Part shown: in pieces, positions 55,469 through 64,000 of the stretch
Position numbering within the stretch: the stretch's first letter is position 1
How the letters are laid out: every line of letters begins with the position of its first letter
DNA from: Minisyncoccia bacterium
Lineage (GTDB): Bacteria > Patescibacteriota > Minisyncoccia > Phycocordibacterales > DATDWN01
Direction of reading: 5' to 3'
NCBI GenBank assembly: GCA_049297675.1
Contig: JBAQUS010000010.1
Span: 6,781-70,780, forward strand
Length of the DNA stretch: 64,000 nucleotides
Program-made: the position numbers and the translations under genes
Notes under the pieces: model-generated
The model's input: only the letters and a program-made list of their open reading frames with translations
Told to the model about the DNA's origin: nothing
Databases searched by the model: none

Positions 55469-56185
55469 ATGGCAAATGAAAGTACTATAGATTACTACGA
55501 TAATCAAAGCGGTCAATACTCCCAGAAACGTTACGAAGGGAAGACAGAGACTTATTTTCAATTTCTCTTTAAGAGAAGAAGGCAGATTTTTTTGGGTTTT
55601 ATAGCTAGTCTTGGTGATTTTAAGGATTTTAGACTATTTGAAATTGGTTGTGCTGATGGTGTTTTAATAAAAAAAATATTACAGAAAATGCCAAACAGTT
55701 TTAGTAAAATAGTTGGCATAGACATTTCTCCAAAAATGTTGGAGAAGGCGAGAGCTACTACGGCAGACTCGAGGGTCAGTTACTTTTTGAGAGGTGAAGA
55801 AGATTTTTCAATAAAATATAACCTTGTTCTTGAGGTGGGTGTACACGTCTCAGATCTTTTAACTGAGGTAAAATTTGTAAGTAACAAACTTTCTGTTGGT
55901 GGCTATTTTATATATTCTACTGCAGGCAAGAATTCCCTCCATGCAAGAATAAAACTAAGAGATAAGGATTATGCCAAAGAATATATAACTTATTTTAAAT
56001 GTGAAGAAATCTTAAACAGATATTTTGAGATAATCTCATCCCAAGGCTATGGTCTTTTCATTCCCAAACTTTGGGCGGTTCCGGCTTTGGCAAGAGTGGT
56101 CCAGCCGATTGCCGAAGCTTTATTTCGAAAAATACTTCCAAATCTATTTCATGAAAAAATTTATCTTCTAAGAAAGAAAAACTAG
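55469..56185 (+). CDS. Class I SAM-dependent methyltransferase
   Basis: Motif I is LFEIGCADGVLIKKIL, followed by IVGIDISPKMLEKA. Confidence 0.7.
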   Translation: MANESTIDYYDNQSGQYSQKRYEGKTETYFQFLFKRRRQIFLGFIASLGDFKDFRLFEIGCADGVLIKKILQKMPNSFSKIVGIDISPKMLEKARATTADSRVSYFLRGEEDFSIKYNLVLEVGVHVSDLLTEVKFVSNKLSVGGYFIYSTAGKNSLHARIKLRDKDYAKEYITYFKCEEILNRYFEIISSQGYGLFIPKLWAVPALARVVQPIAEALFRKILPNLFHEKIYLLRKKN

Positions 56186-56190
56186 GAAAG

Positions 56191-56309
56191 TCCCGTTAGA
56201 AATCACTCGGTTATATTTAGAGAAAAAATGTATATTTAAAAAATCAGTGACTTTATATATATTATTCACCTAAACTACGGAAACAATAGGTTTCCTATCT
56301 CTAACGGGA
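56191..56309. repeat. MITE-like palindromic element, family 1 copy c (diverged interior)
   Basis: Has the terminal IRs tcccgttagaaatc and gatctctaacggga, matching the termini of the copies at 4877 and 13555. The interior is unrelated. The right terminus encodes the last codons and the stop (…LSR*) of the minus-strand Wzx gene. Confidence 0.55.
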
Positions 56310-57569
56310 TAGATCCTCCTTGTGTGTCGCGAAGAAGTAGTAGTTTACTAAAAGCATGATGAGCCAAGAGATGCCGTTTTCTATGACTGCACCTTTTAGT
56401 CCGAAATTGTAAATAAGCACAAAAGTTAGGGCAATAGTTATCAGGTTGCTAATTGTAGTTAGTTTGTACATTGTCTTTGCGTCTTTCTTTATCTGGAAAT
56501 AGATGCCAAAGAGTGATATGCCAGGAATAGCTATGAGTCCGAGCATGTAGATCTGTGAGTAAATAACTGCCTCGGTGTATTTGGGAAAGAAAAGCTCAAA
56601 GACAAATGGAGCTAAGACAATGTACACGGCAACAATGACAATTGTTATTAATGTAAGTTGCCATGTTTTCTTCATGATGCTACTTCGGAGGTTCGCTTCA
56701 TCCAACACAGCATATTTTGGAAGAGCAATGTTAAAGAGATTTTTATAGCTACCTTTTATTTGTTCAGGTATTGCTTGTGAAAAGGCATATATTGCCAAGT
56801 TAGCCGCACCAAGATAATGAAAGACTAAAATTTTGTCTAGCTGGTTTGCTAAACTGTTAAAGAAATTCATAAAGCTGACATGTTTGCCGTAAGAAAGGAA
56901 AGAATCATCTGTTTCCGTGTTGGGACGATATTTTGAGATTACATGAAAATAAGACCATGTGGCTGATCCCGCACTCAAAACAAAATATACTGCAACTAGA
57001 GATAAGACACTCTCAGAGAAAAGGGCTATAGCGATTATCCCCATGTTTAGAAGAAGTTGAGAAAAAATCCAGTAAACTGTGCTCAGCTTAAAATTTTTCT
57101 TTCCTGAAAAATATGTGCCGTATAATCCATATGAGTTTATAATCGGTAAGCAAACTGAAGCTATGGCAAAAGAAAATCCAAGAACTTTGTTTCCATTTAG
57201 AAGATAGTAGATAGACATACTTAAACCTACTAAAACCATAATAAAGCTCCATTTAAATGATAGAGAAACGGTTTTTCTAAGCATTCCTTCTTTTCCCTTA
57301 GCAATTGCTTGAGTTAATACGTTCGGCATTCCCGTTAAGGAAAGTGTTCCGAGGATGCCAATTGCTGAGAGTATAAATTTATACTGACCGTAAAAATCTT
57401 TTGAAACAAAGTTTGCAAAAAAGACAGACAGTCCGAATGCCATTACCACGGCTGAAATTTGCCCTACAGTCATCCAGAAACCACTTTTCGCAACATAAGC
57501 CATGTCGGTTTCGAAATAGTTTCCTAGCCAGTTTATGGCGTAGAGCCTCTTATCTTTGAGCTTTTGCAT
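56301..57569 (-). CDS. Wzx-like oligosaccharide/polysaccharide flippase (MOP superfamily, Polysacc_synt)
   Basis: 422 aa with about 12 TM helices. The N-terminal KSGFWMTVGQISAVVMAFGLSVFFANFVSKDFYGQYKFILSAIGILG is typical of Wzx. Confidence 0.65.
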   Translation of the reverse strand: MQKLKDKRLYAINWLGNYFETDMAYVAKSGFWMTVGQISAVVMAFGLSVFFANFVSKDFYGQYKFILSAIGILGTLSLTGMPNVLTQAIAKGKEGMLRKTVSLSFKWSFIMVLVGLSMSIYYLLNGNKVLGFSFAIASVCLPIINSYGLYGTYFSGKKNFKLSTVYWIFSQLLLNMGIIAIALFSESVLSLVAVYFVLSAGSATWSYFHVISKYRPNTETDDSFLSYGKHVSFMNFFNSLANQLDKILVFHYLGAANLAIYAFSQAIPEQIKGSYKNLFNIALPKYAVLDEANLRSSIMKKTWQLTLITIVIVAVYIVLAPFVFELFFPKYTEAVIYSQIYMLGLIAIPGISLFGIYFQIKKDAKTMYKLTTISNLITIALTFVLIYNFGLKGAVIENGISWLIMLLVNYYFFATHKEDLSR

Positions 57570-57610
57570 GGCGTCATATTACTTTATTTTTCATCTATTT
57601 GCCAACGCGA

Positions 57611-57780
57611 ATTATAAAACTCGACGAAAATACATGTTTTCTGGCGTATCTCGGAGAGCGTGAAGCTCAAGAGTTAAGGAAAATTTTCAGCCCGCCCGTA
57701 CCCGAACGGTACGTTCGGGCGGGCAGAAAATTATTCCGGCGCCAGAAAATATGTGTTGAGTAAGAGTTTTGTAGTTCGCG
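57611..57780. repeat. MITE-like palindromic element, family 2 copy B, carrying a 34-bp G+C-rich perfect-palindrome insertion
   Basis: The copy is co-linear with 43064-43199. An extra gcccgcccgtacccgaacggtacgttcgggcgggc lies at about 57690-57724. Its nested perfect stems are gcccgcccg/cgggcgggc and cccgaacg/cgttcggg with loop gta. The G+C content there is strikingly above the local level. Confidence 0.65.
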
Positions 57781-57806
57781 ATTTACTAGCTTGTGGGAAT
57801 ACCATT

Positions 57807-57815
57807 TGCTATACT
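57807..57815 (+). promoter_or_regulatory. Candidate extended -10 promoter element (TGCTATACT) giving a leaderless transcript for the ligase-like gene
   Basis: tgctatact at 57807-57815 has a TGn-TATACT architecture. The ATG at 57822 lies 7 nt downstream, and there is no Shine-Dalgarno. Confidence 0.3.
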
Positions 57816-57821
57816 CGACCC

Positions 57822-59999
57822 ATGAAAAATACAAAAAAAATACTTGAATATTTAATTATAAGCGGTTTGTTTTTATTGCCATTTATTCCTTTTATTGTTC
57901 CATCAAATTTCTTTTTCCCTTTTATTACAGGCAAAGGTTTTGCTTTCAGAATTTTGGTAGAAATTTTGTTCGGGCTTTTTGTCATACTTTGCTTTGTAGA
58001 TAAAGAATATAGACCAAATTTTTCGTGGATTACTAAATCCGTTTTACTTTTCACTTTCGTTACTTTTGTCGCAGATATTTTTGGTGAGAATCCTTACAAA
58101 AGCATGTGGAGTAACTTCGAAAGAATGGAAGGATTTGTCCTCATAGCTCACCTCTGTCTTTTTTATCTGGTTATATCTTCATTTATTAAACAGAAGAAAA
58201 AATGGCATCAATATATTAACCTAACCATAGGAGCAAGTGTCCTCATGTCCGTCTATTCACTTTTTCAGCTAGCAGGTAAGTTAAACATAAATCAAGGAGG
58301 AGTTCGTGTTGATGCTACGTTTGGAAACGCCACATACATGGCTATTTACGTTGTTTTTCATATATTCTTGTCTCTTTATATGCTTACAGAGAAAGAGAGC
58401 AAGAAATGGCAAAAATGGACGTATGGTGGCATTATCCTTCTCGAAACCACCATACTCTATTTCACAGCAACTAGAGGGGCAATCTTGGGGTTAATAGGAG
58501 GTGTTCTCCTTACAGGACTTATTCTTCTTTTCAAAGATAGAGGTAACGCACATTTGAGAAAAATTTCTTATTCTATCTTGGGATTGGTAGTGGCTATTGT
58601 GCTCATTTTTATTTCTGTAAAAGATACAGGTTATGTAAAAACAAGTCCAGTTCTCTCGAGATTTTCCTCACTTAGTTTTTCTGAAATAAAAACTCAGGGC
58701 AGATATTTTGTTTGGCCAATGGCAGTAAAGGGGGTTATCGAGCGACCGATTTTGGGTTGGGGACAGGAGAATTTTAACTTTGTCTTTAATAAAAATTACG
58801 ATCCAAGAATGTGGAATCAAGAACAGTGGTTTGATAGGACTCACAATGTTTTTCTCGATTGGCTTATCGCTGGAGGTCTCTTAGGTTTTCTGTCTTATGC
58901 CAGTATGTATTTGGCGCTCTTCTACTATATCTGGAGAAAGAAAACCGATCTGACAGTTCTTGAGAGGAGTGTTCTGACAGGGATGATATCGGCATATATT
59001 TTCCACAATATATTCGTATTCGACAATCTCATAAGTTACATAATGTTCTTTACTGTCTTGGGTTATATTCATGCCATTTCTACCCATGACGAACCTCGGT
59101 ATCATAAATTCCATTCTCTAAATTTCTCACACGATACAGTAAACTATGTTGTCTTTCCCACTGTTCTGGTGGCTACGATCGGGATGATTTACTTTGTAAA
59201 TATTCCTGCTATTTCTGCAAATATTAATCTAATCAAAGCTTTAACCCCGAGTGGTAATTATGAAAAGAATCTTGAGCTATTTAAAAAAGCATACAGTTAT
59301 AACTCCTTAGCTGATTCAGAAATAACAGAGCAGATTGTGACATCGGCGATTCAAGCAATAGGTACCCAGGGTGTCGATAATAAAATTAAAAATGATTTTT
59401 ACAATCTCGCTAAAACCCAAATTGAGAAGAAAATAAATAAAGTCCCAAATGATGCAAGGTATCTCGTTTTCGCTGGGAGTTTTTTCAACAGAGTAGGGCA
59501 GTTTGATGAGGCAATAAAGTATCTGGATATGGCAGTTAAAGAATCACCTAGAAAGCAATCAATTTTATTTGAGCTCGGTTCTTCATACATAGGCAAAGGA
59601 GATTTACCAAAAATGTTTGAAATGTTTAAGAAAGCATACGAACTTGAACCAAGCTCAAACGAGGCTTTAGCTTTGTATGCAGTTGGGGCAATATATACTA
59701 AAAATATTGCCGTACTTAAAGAACTACAATCAAAAATAAGTACTGAAGACCTCATTAAAGACGATAGATTTTTGAGGGCATATAGTGAGATAGGGGATTA
59801 TCAAACAGTCCTGACAATACTAAATGCCAGACTAGAAAAGGATCCAAAGAATCCTCAAAATAATTTACTTCTTGCTTCCACTTATGCTTCGCTTGGTCAA
59901 AAACAAAAAGCAATAGAAATTATTCAAAAAATAATAAATGAAAATCCTAGCTTCAAAGCACAAGGGGAAGGGTATATAAAAGAGATCGAATCAAGATAG
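57822..59999 (+). CDS. O-antigen ligase-like (Wzy_C domain) polytopic membrane protein fused to C-terminal TPR repeats
   Basis: TRGAILGLIGGVLLTGL and FVWPMAVKGVIERPILGWGQENFNFVF match the Wzy_C/O-antigen ligase signature. The C-terminal roughly 250 aa form TPR-like repeats (YLDMAVKESPRKQSILFELGSSYIGKGDLPKMFEMFKKAYELEPSS...). The track starts at 57753 within the repeat element; the ATG at 57822 is preferred. Confidence 0.65.
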   Translation: MKNTKKILEYLIISGLFLLPFIPFIVPSNFFFPFITGKGFAFRILVEILFGLFVILCFVDKEYRPNFSWITKSVLLFTFVTFVADIFGENPYKSMWSNFERMEGFVLIAHLCLFYLVISSFIKQKKKWHQYINLTIGASVLMSVYSLFQLAGKLNINQGGVRVDATFGNATYMAIYVVFHIFLSLYMLTEKESKKWQKWTYGGIILLETTILYFTATRGAILGLIGGVLLTGLILLFKDRGNAHLRKISYSILGLVVAIVLIFISVKDTGYVKTSPVLSRFSSLSFSEIKTQGRYFVWPMAVKGVIERPILGWGQENFNFVFNKNYDPRMWNQEQWFDRTHNVFLDWLIAGGLLGFLSYASMYLALFYYIWRKKTDLTVLERSVLTGMISAYIFHNIFVFDNLISYIMFFTVLGYIHAISTHDEPRYHKFHSLNFSHDTVNYVVFPTVLVATIGMIYFVNIPAISANINLIKALTPSGNYEKNLELFKKAYSYNSLADSEITEQIVTSAIQAIGTQGVDNKIKNDFYNLAKTQIEKKINKVPNDARYLVFAGSFFNRVGQFDEAIKYLDMAVKESPRKQSILFELGSSYIGKGDLPKMFEMFKKAYELEPSSNEALALYAVGAIYTKNIAVLKELQSKISTEDLIKDDRFLRAYSEIGDYQTVLTILNARLEKDPKNPQNNLLLASTYASLGQKQKAIEIIQKIINENPSFKAQGEGYIKEIESR

Positions 60000-61296
60000 T
60001 TTAGGGAAATAGTTTTCAACCAAAAGACGCAGATGGGCGTCTTTTGATTTGCTCAAATTGTTTGCACGACTGACCATTTAGGTCTATTGAAATTAATTAC
60101 TTATGTGTTGTAACTTTTTCTGTTCTCAGACAATAATATTAAAATTTATACAGAAGCATAAAATAAATCTGGGCAAATATTCAGAAAATGAAAACAACTT
60201 TTATCTACCATCTGCAGATATTTAATGGACAGATAAAAATTACAAATAAATATATGATCTACAGCTCAAGAATAAACATTAATAGATAATTAAAAATATG
60301 GCTAATAATAGTAAGTAAATTATATCTTATATTGATGTACAGAAATCCTACAATGGACAAATTAAAGTCAACAATGCTGAATACTCTCATCAATTTAAAT
60401 GTACAGAGTGATAATTAGGTAAGTCACATTGCATAGTACACAATTATAGAGCCAAAAAATTGAAAATTCAGTCGAAACCACAAAGCAAAATTCAGGTTCG
60501 AAATATTGAAACATATATTAACTCGCAGTCACTGCATTTGGTAGCAGAAGTAACATTCAGACTCAGAGAAATTGCTAAAACATTGAACTCGTCTAAACGA
60601 TATTTACCTTAATATATGAATATTACTGCAAATTAGTAATTTCATGACATATGTCAAAACTAGGAATATAAATGCATTATGTATTAATAAAGTACTAACC
60701 TGGTCTGATCTCTTAATTGATTCATTACAAGTTAATGGAAGATATTGTTTGTCATAAGCAATGAACTTAGAAGAAAGAATGTATGCGGGTAGGATGCCCG
60801 ATAATAAGTAGTTAGTGTCATAATAGGCTAGTAACTAGTAGTGTGTAGTTTCATCATCCCTCCTGAGGAGAACAGACTAATACATACAATAAACTGCATG
60901 GTTATAAATTAGTGAACGAAACTATACGAACAGGCGTGAGCTCCTTTGAACGAAGATGCTCATAACAACATATTACTCACTTAGGCAAAACAAACATATA
61001 TAAACATTGATAAAGATATATAAGTCTGCATGAAAATTTATATATGATTAATAATATTTAGTATGGAAAACTAGAATTACAGTTTTAATATTAGAGTTTT
61101 GTGATACATATTATTTTCTGACTATAGGTAACTCTATAGTTTTGGACTCTTCTCTAATTTAATTTTCTCTTTATTCTTTTGAAATAATTTTTTTATGAGG
61201 GCATTTTTAATCAATCTCGGATTAACAATAAATCCTTATTTATCCACACTTTTCTTCGATATTTTGGTGACTCGTTGTCAATTAAATCGTATAATA

Positions 61297-64000
61297 TTTT
61301 CAATGTCGCCAGATCTATTTTTTGAAAATAAAAAGTTCATAACTTCAAAGCAGGCGAGTAAGTTGACAGGCTACTCAAAAGATTACATCGGTCAGCTTTC
61401 TAGAAGTCAGAAAATTGAGTCACGAAGAATCGGACATACTTGGTATGTTTGTGAGGAGTCACTTTTGAACTATAAAAATTCTCCAACGGATTATGACTTC
61501 TCAAAAAATTTTTTGGGTAAGGAATTACTTAGTAGTGAGAAAGCTGAAGTTTTAAGTTTACCTGAAAATGCTACAAAGGAGGAGGTCAGTCAAGTAATCA
61601 ATGATGACATAAGTAGTTTTGTTAAATCTGTATCGTTAGGAAAATCTCACACTTCCATTTTTGAAAAGCATAATAATCATACATCTCTTTCTGAAGTTCA
61701 GAAGGTTAGAAAAACTGTTGATAATAAATCCCCTTACTTTGGAGAAATCTCAAAATATATTTTCCATCGTGGTGTTCCAGTTTTTGTTTCATTAGTTTTA
61801 TTTTTAGCTTTTGTTTTATCTGGAGCAAATTTTTCAAACATCAGAAGTTCTATGTTGGCTTCTGTTGCCACAACAACAGGCGATCTAAATTTGGTTGATG
61901 AGTCTGGAGTAGTTGTTTATCATGAAGTTAACGATTGGTTTTATTTTAATATTTACGAACCAGTTGCGGAACTTCTAAATAGAAGAATAATCGAGGTCAA
62001 TAATGTTTACATCGCAAAAAATCTGCCAGCAGTTTCGACAACTACAAATCGAATAATTCTTGCACAAGGGAATCCTGCACCTGTTGCTCCTAGAGTTGTA
62101 AACACAACAAACGTTGTTGAAAGAATATATGAGAGAGAAGTTCCATCTGATTTTTCAAAAGATTATTTGGAGTTGAGATTACAGGAATTAAATAACAAAA
62201 TTCAATCACAGCTTTCACAACTTTCAACCGGCAGTGGTGGAAATGTTACAAACATTTATCGTGAAATTGCTCAGAGTCAGAGGATCGATCAGCTCTCTGG
62301 AACTCAAATCAACAACCCAATAATTACAGGCGGATCAATAACTAACACTTCGATTAATGCTAGTAGTCTAAATGCCACAAGTCTTTCGGTTTCTGGCAGT
62401 GTTACTTTAGGTACGACAACAGTTACAAATCTCATAGTTACAAACACCTCGACCTCGACATTCTCTGGTGGAATTTCAGTAACTGGTGGATGTGTCTCTG
62501 TAAATGGAACCTGCCTTGGTACCGGATCTAGTGGAGGTGTATCTACTGGTGGAACATTCTCAACCACAACCTCTACAGTAGCCGGAATACTTGTGAACTA
62601 CTCAAATAACTCTACAGATATACTTGCAATTGGAGGAAATTCCACATCTTCATCAAAATTCTTTTATGATCCAAACTCACTAACCGGTTATCTTGCTGGT
62701 TCCTTAGGCATAGGCACTACCTCTCCTTATACTTCTCTAGGTGTAGCTGGCACAGTAGTAGCTAACAACTTTCTAGCTACCTCTACAACAGCTACCTCAA
62801 CCTTTTCAGGCGGTGTCTCAATCAATTCTCTTGCTGTAACTGGCACGATCTCTTCCTCAACTTTTGCAAATGGTATCAACCTAACAACTGGTTGTTTTGC
62901 AGTAAATGGAGTCTGTCTTGGAAATTCATCACCACTAACTTTTACATATCCTCTAACAAATTCTTCAAACGTAATCTCTTTAGCTTTCGGAACAACAACA
63001 GCAAACAGTTGGTCAGCCCTTCAAACATTTGCATACTCATCATCAACTGCTTACTCATCCTTCACAACTGCTTCAACAACAAATCTTTTTGCAGGAACAC
63101 TATCACTTCCAAACATCACACAAGGTTTTGCTTACTTTGGAACAAATGGAATCGTAAACTCTGTCGCTAGTTCATCCATCCGTCTCTCATGGTTTAACAA
63201 CGATAGCAACTTCCTATCATCATACGATGCATTCACACATCCACTTGCAGGTCAATCTGCAACAACATCTCTAGTATTATTTTACGGTCAAGCATCCTCC
63301 ACACAACTATCCGCTAACGTAGCTTACTTTGGAGGTACAGCCACAACCACAATCTCTCAGAACGGTAACCTAACAACTCAACAAGCTACAACAACAAATC
63401 TAGCTATCACAAACATTCTCTCCACTCTCCTCAAAACAAATGCACAAGGTTCAGTTATCCCAGCCATAGCTGGAACAGATTATCTTGCATCAACCTTCGC
63501 TTTCCCATTCACCACGAATGCTAACTACAACTCCACCTCAACAGTCATCGGATTCTCTGGCGGTCTCTTCTCCACAGCTTCATCAACATTTAACTCATCT
63601 CTCTTCTTATCAAATCTAACACAAGGTTACTCCTTCATCGGTTCAAACGGTCTAGTACAAACAGTATCTACATCAACACTAGCAGGACAAGTATTTCCTT
63701 TCACTAACAATGTTGGTTACAACTCTACATCAACTACACTAGGTCTACTCAATGGATTCTTCTCAACAGCCTCATCAACAATATCTGGAACATTTAACCT
63801 ACCAACACTCACTACAGGAGGCTTAGCAGTAAACCCTGCAGGACAAGTCTACAGCTATTCAACATCAACGTGGACTTTTGCATCATCTACCCTCCTATCC
63901 GACACTAACTTCTGGAGTGGAGTAAATAGATTCGCTTTCTCATCAACCACATACGGATCATTCACAACAGCTTCTACAACAAATCTTTTTGCAGGAACAC
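61297..64000 (+). CDS. 3'-truncated giant surface protein: N-terminal HTH (excisionase/MerR-like) domain + single TM helix + >650-aa Ser/Thr-rich repetitive extracellular region
   Basis: Frame 1 is open from the ATG at 61297 to the window end. It is not in the ORF track because no stop lies within the window. The HTH is KKFITSKQASKLTGYSKDYIGQLSRSQKIESRRIGHTWYV. The TM helix is VPVFVSLVLFLAFVLSGA. The remainder is S/T-rich, with repeated FxTASxT...NLTQG[FY]x[FY]xG[ST]NG[IL]V units. A 40-nt near-identical DNA repeat at 63061 and 63961 shows an approximately 300-aa period. Confidence 0.7.

Noticed and set aside
61240-61248. Perfect DnaA-box 9-mer TTATCCACA in the AT-rich tract (also one at 22694-22702), which raises the idea of a chromosomal origin
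   Set aside because: There is only a single consensus box per region. There is no cluster of boxes, and no dnaA/dnaN or other origin-proximal genes nearby. An isolated 9-mer is expected by chance in AT-rich DNA.
62304-63170. ORFs 62304..62567 (-) and 62892..63170 (+) from the supplied track
   Set aside because: Both lie inside the long frame-1 open reading frame (61297 to the window end). That frame has a clear HTH domain, TM helix and tandem repeats. The short ORFs are alternative-frame readings of S/T-rich repeats.
1-64000. CRISPR arrays, tRNA or rRNA genes
   Set aside because: No regularly spaced direct repeats of CRISPR type were found. The only repeat families are palindromic (REP/MITE-like). 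No cloverleaf-like segments or rRNA-like conserved stretches were recognised by eye. The few non-coding regions are either palindromic elements or AT-rich.

Overview
This is a low-G+C window, roughly one-third G+C by eye, and compact. About 85% of it is coding, and nearly all genes are on the + strand in operon-like arrays whose starts and stops abut or overlap. The dominant content is a cell-surface glycan and protein-glycosylation island of about 55 kb (roughly 3.6-60 kb), described in four parts below.

1. Glycosyltransferases: at least 9 GT-B-type glycosyltransferases (families GT1/GT4) are present, along with CgeB- or exostosin-like GTs.
2. Lipid-linked sugar handling: four polyprenol-phosphate sugar synthases (one DPM1-like, three GtrB-like), a GtrA flippase-like protein, five large GT-C-fold membrane proteins, a Wzx flippase and a Wzy_C/O-antigen-ligase-TPR fusion.
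3. Methyltransferases: six SAM-dependent methyltransferases, three with Zn-ribbon N-termini and one fused to a GT2 domain.
4. Sugar-nucleotide supply: a complete GDP-D-glycero-alpha-D-manno-heptose pathway (GmhA, HddA-like kinase, GmhB, HddC-like guanylyltransferase). It sits next to a split transketolase and a transaldolase that could supply sedoheptulose-7-P, plus several sugar-nucleotide dehydratases, epimerases, reductases and a dehydrogenase.

Candidate glycosylation substrates sit at the edges of the island:
- a type IV pilin (paired with an FtsK/HerA-family ATPase);
- two paralogous glycine-rich secreted proteins that share a conserved C-terminal domain;
- a giant Ser/Thr-rich repeat protein running off the 3' end of the window, which unusually begins with a cytoplasmic helix-turn-helix domain followed by one transmembrane helix.

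Several mobile or foreign features are embedded in the island:
- a REP-associated tyrosine transposase (RAYT) with four copies of a REP-like palindrome bounding a three-gene cassette;
- an AbiEi/AbiEii toxin-antitoxin pair sitting between diverged direct repeats of the asparagine synthetase (asnB) 3' end;
- two families of MITE-like palindromic elements (3 and 2 copies), one carrying a 34-bp G+C-rich perfect hairpin insertion;
- a roughly 0.95-kb compositionally foreign G+C-rich islet encoding a SemiSWEET/PQ-loop transporter and a NUDIX hydrolase.

No rRNA, tRNA or CRISPR array could be recognised by eye.
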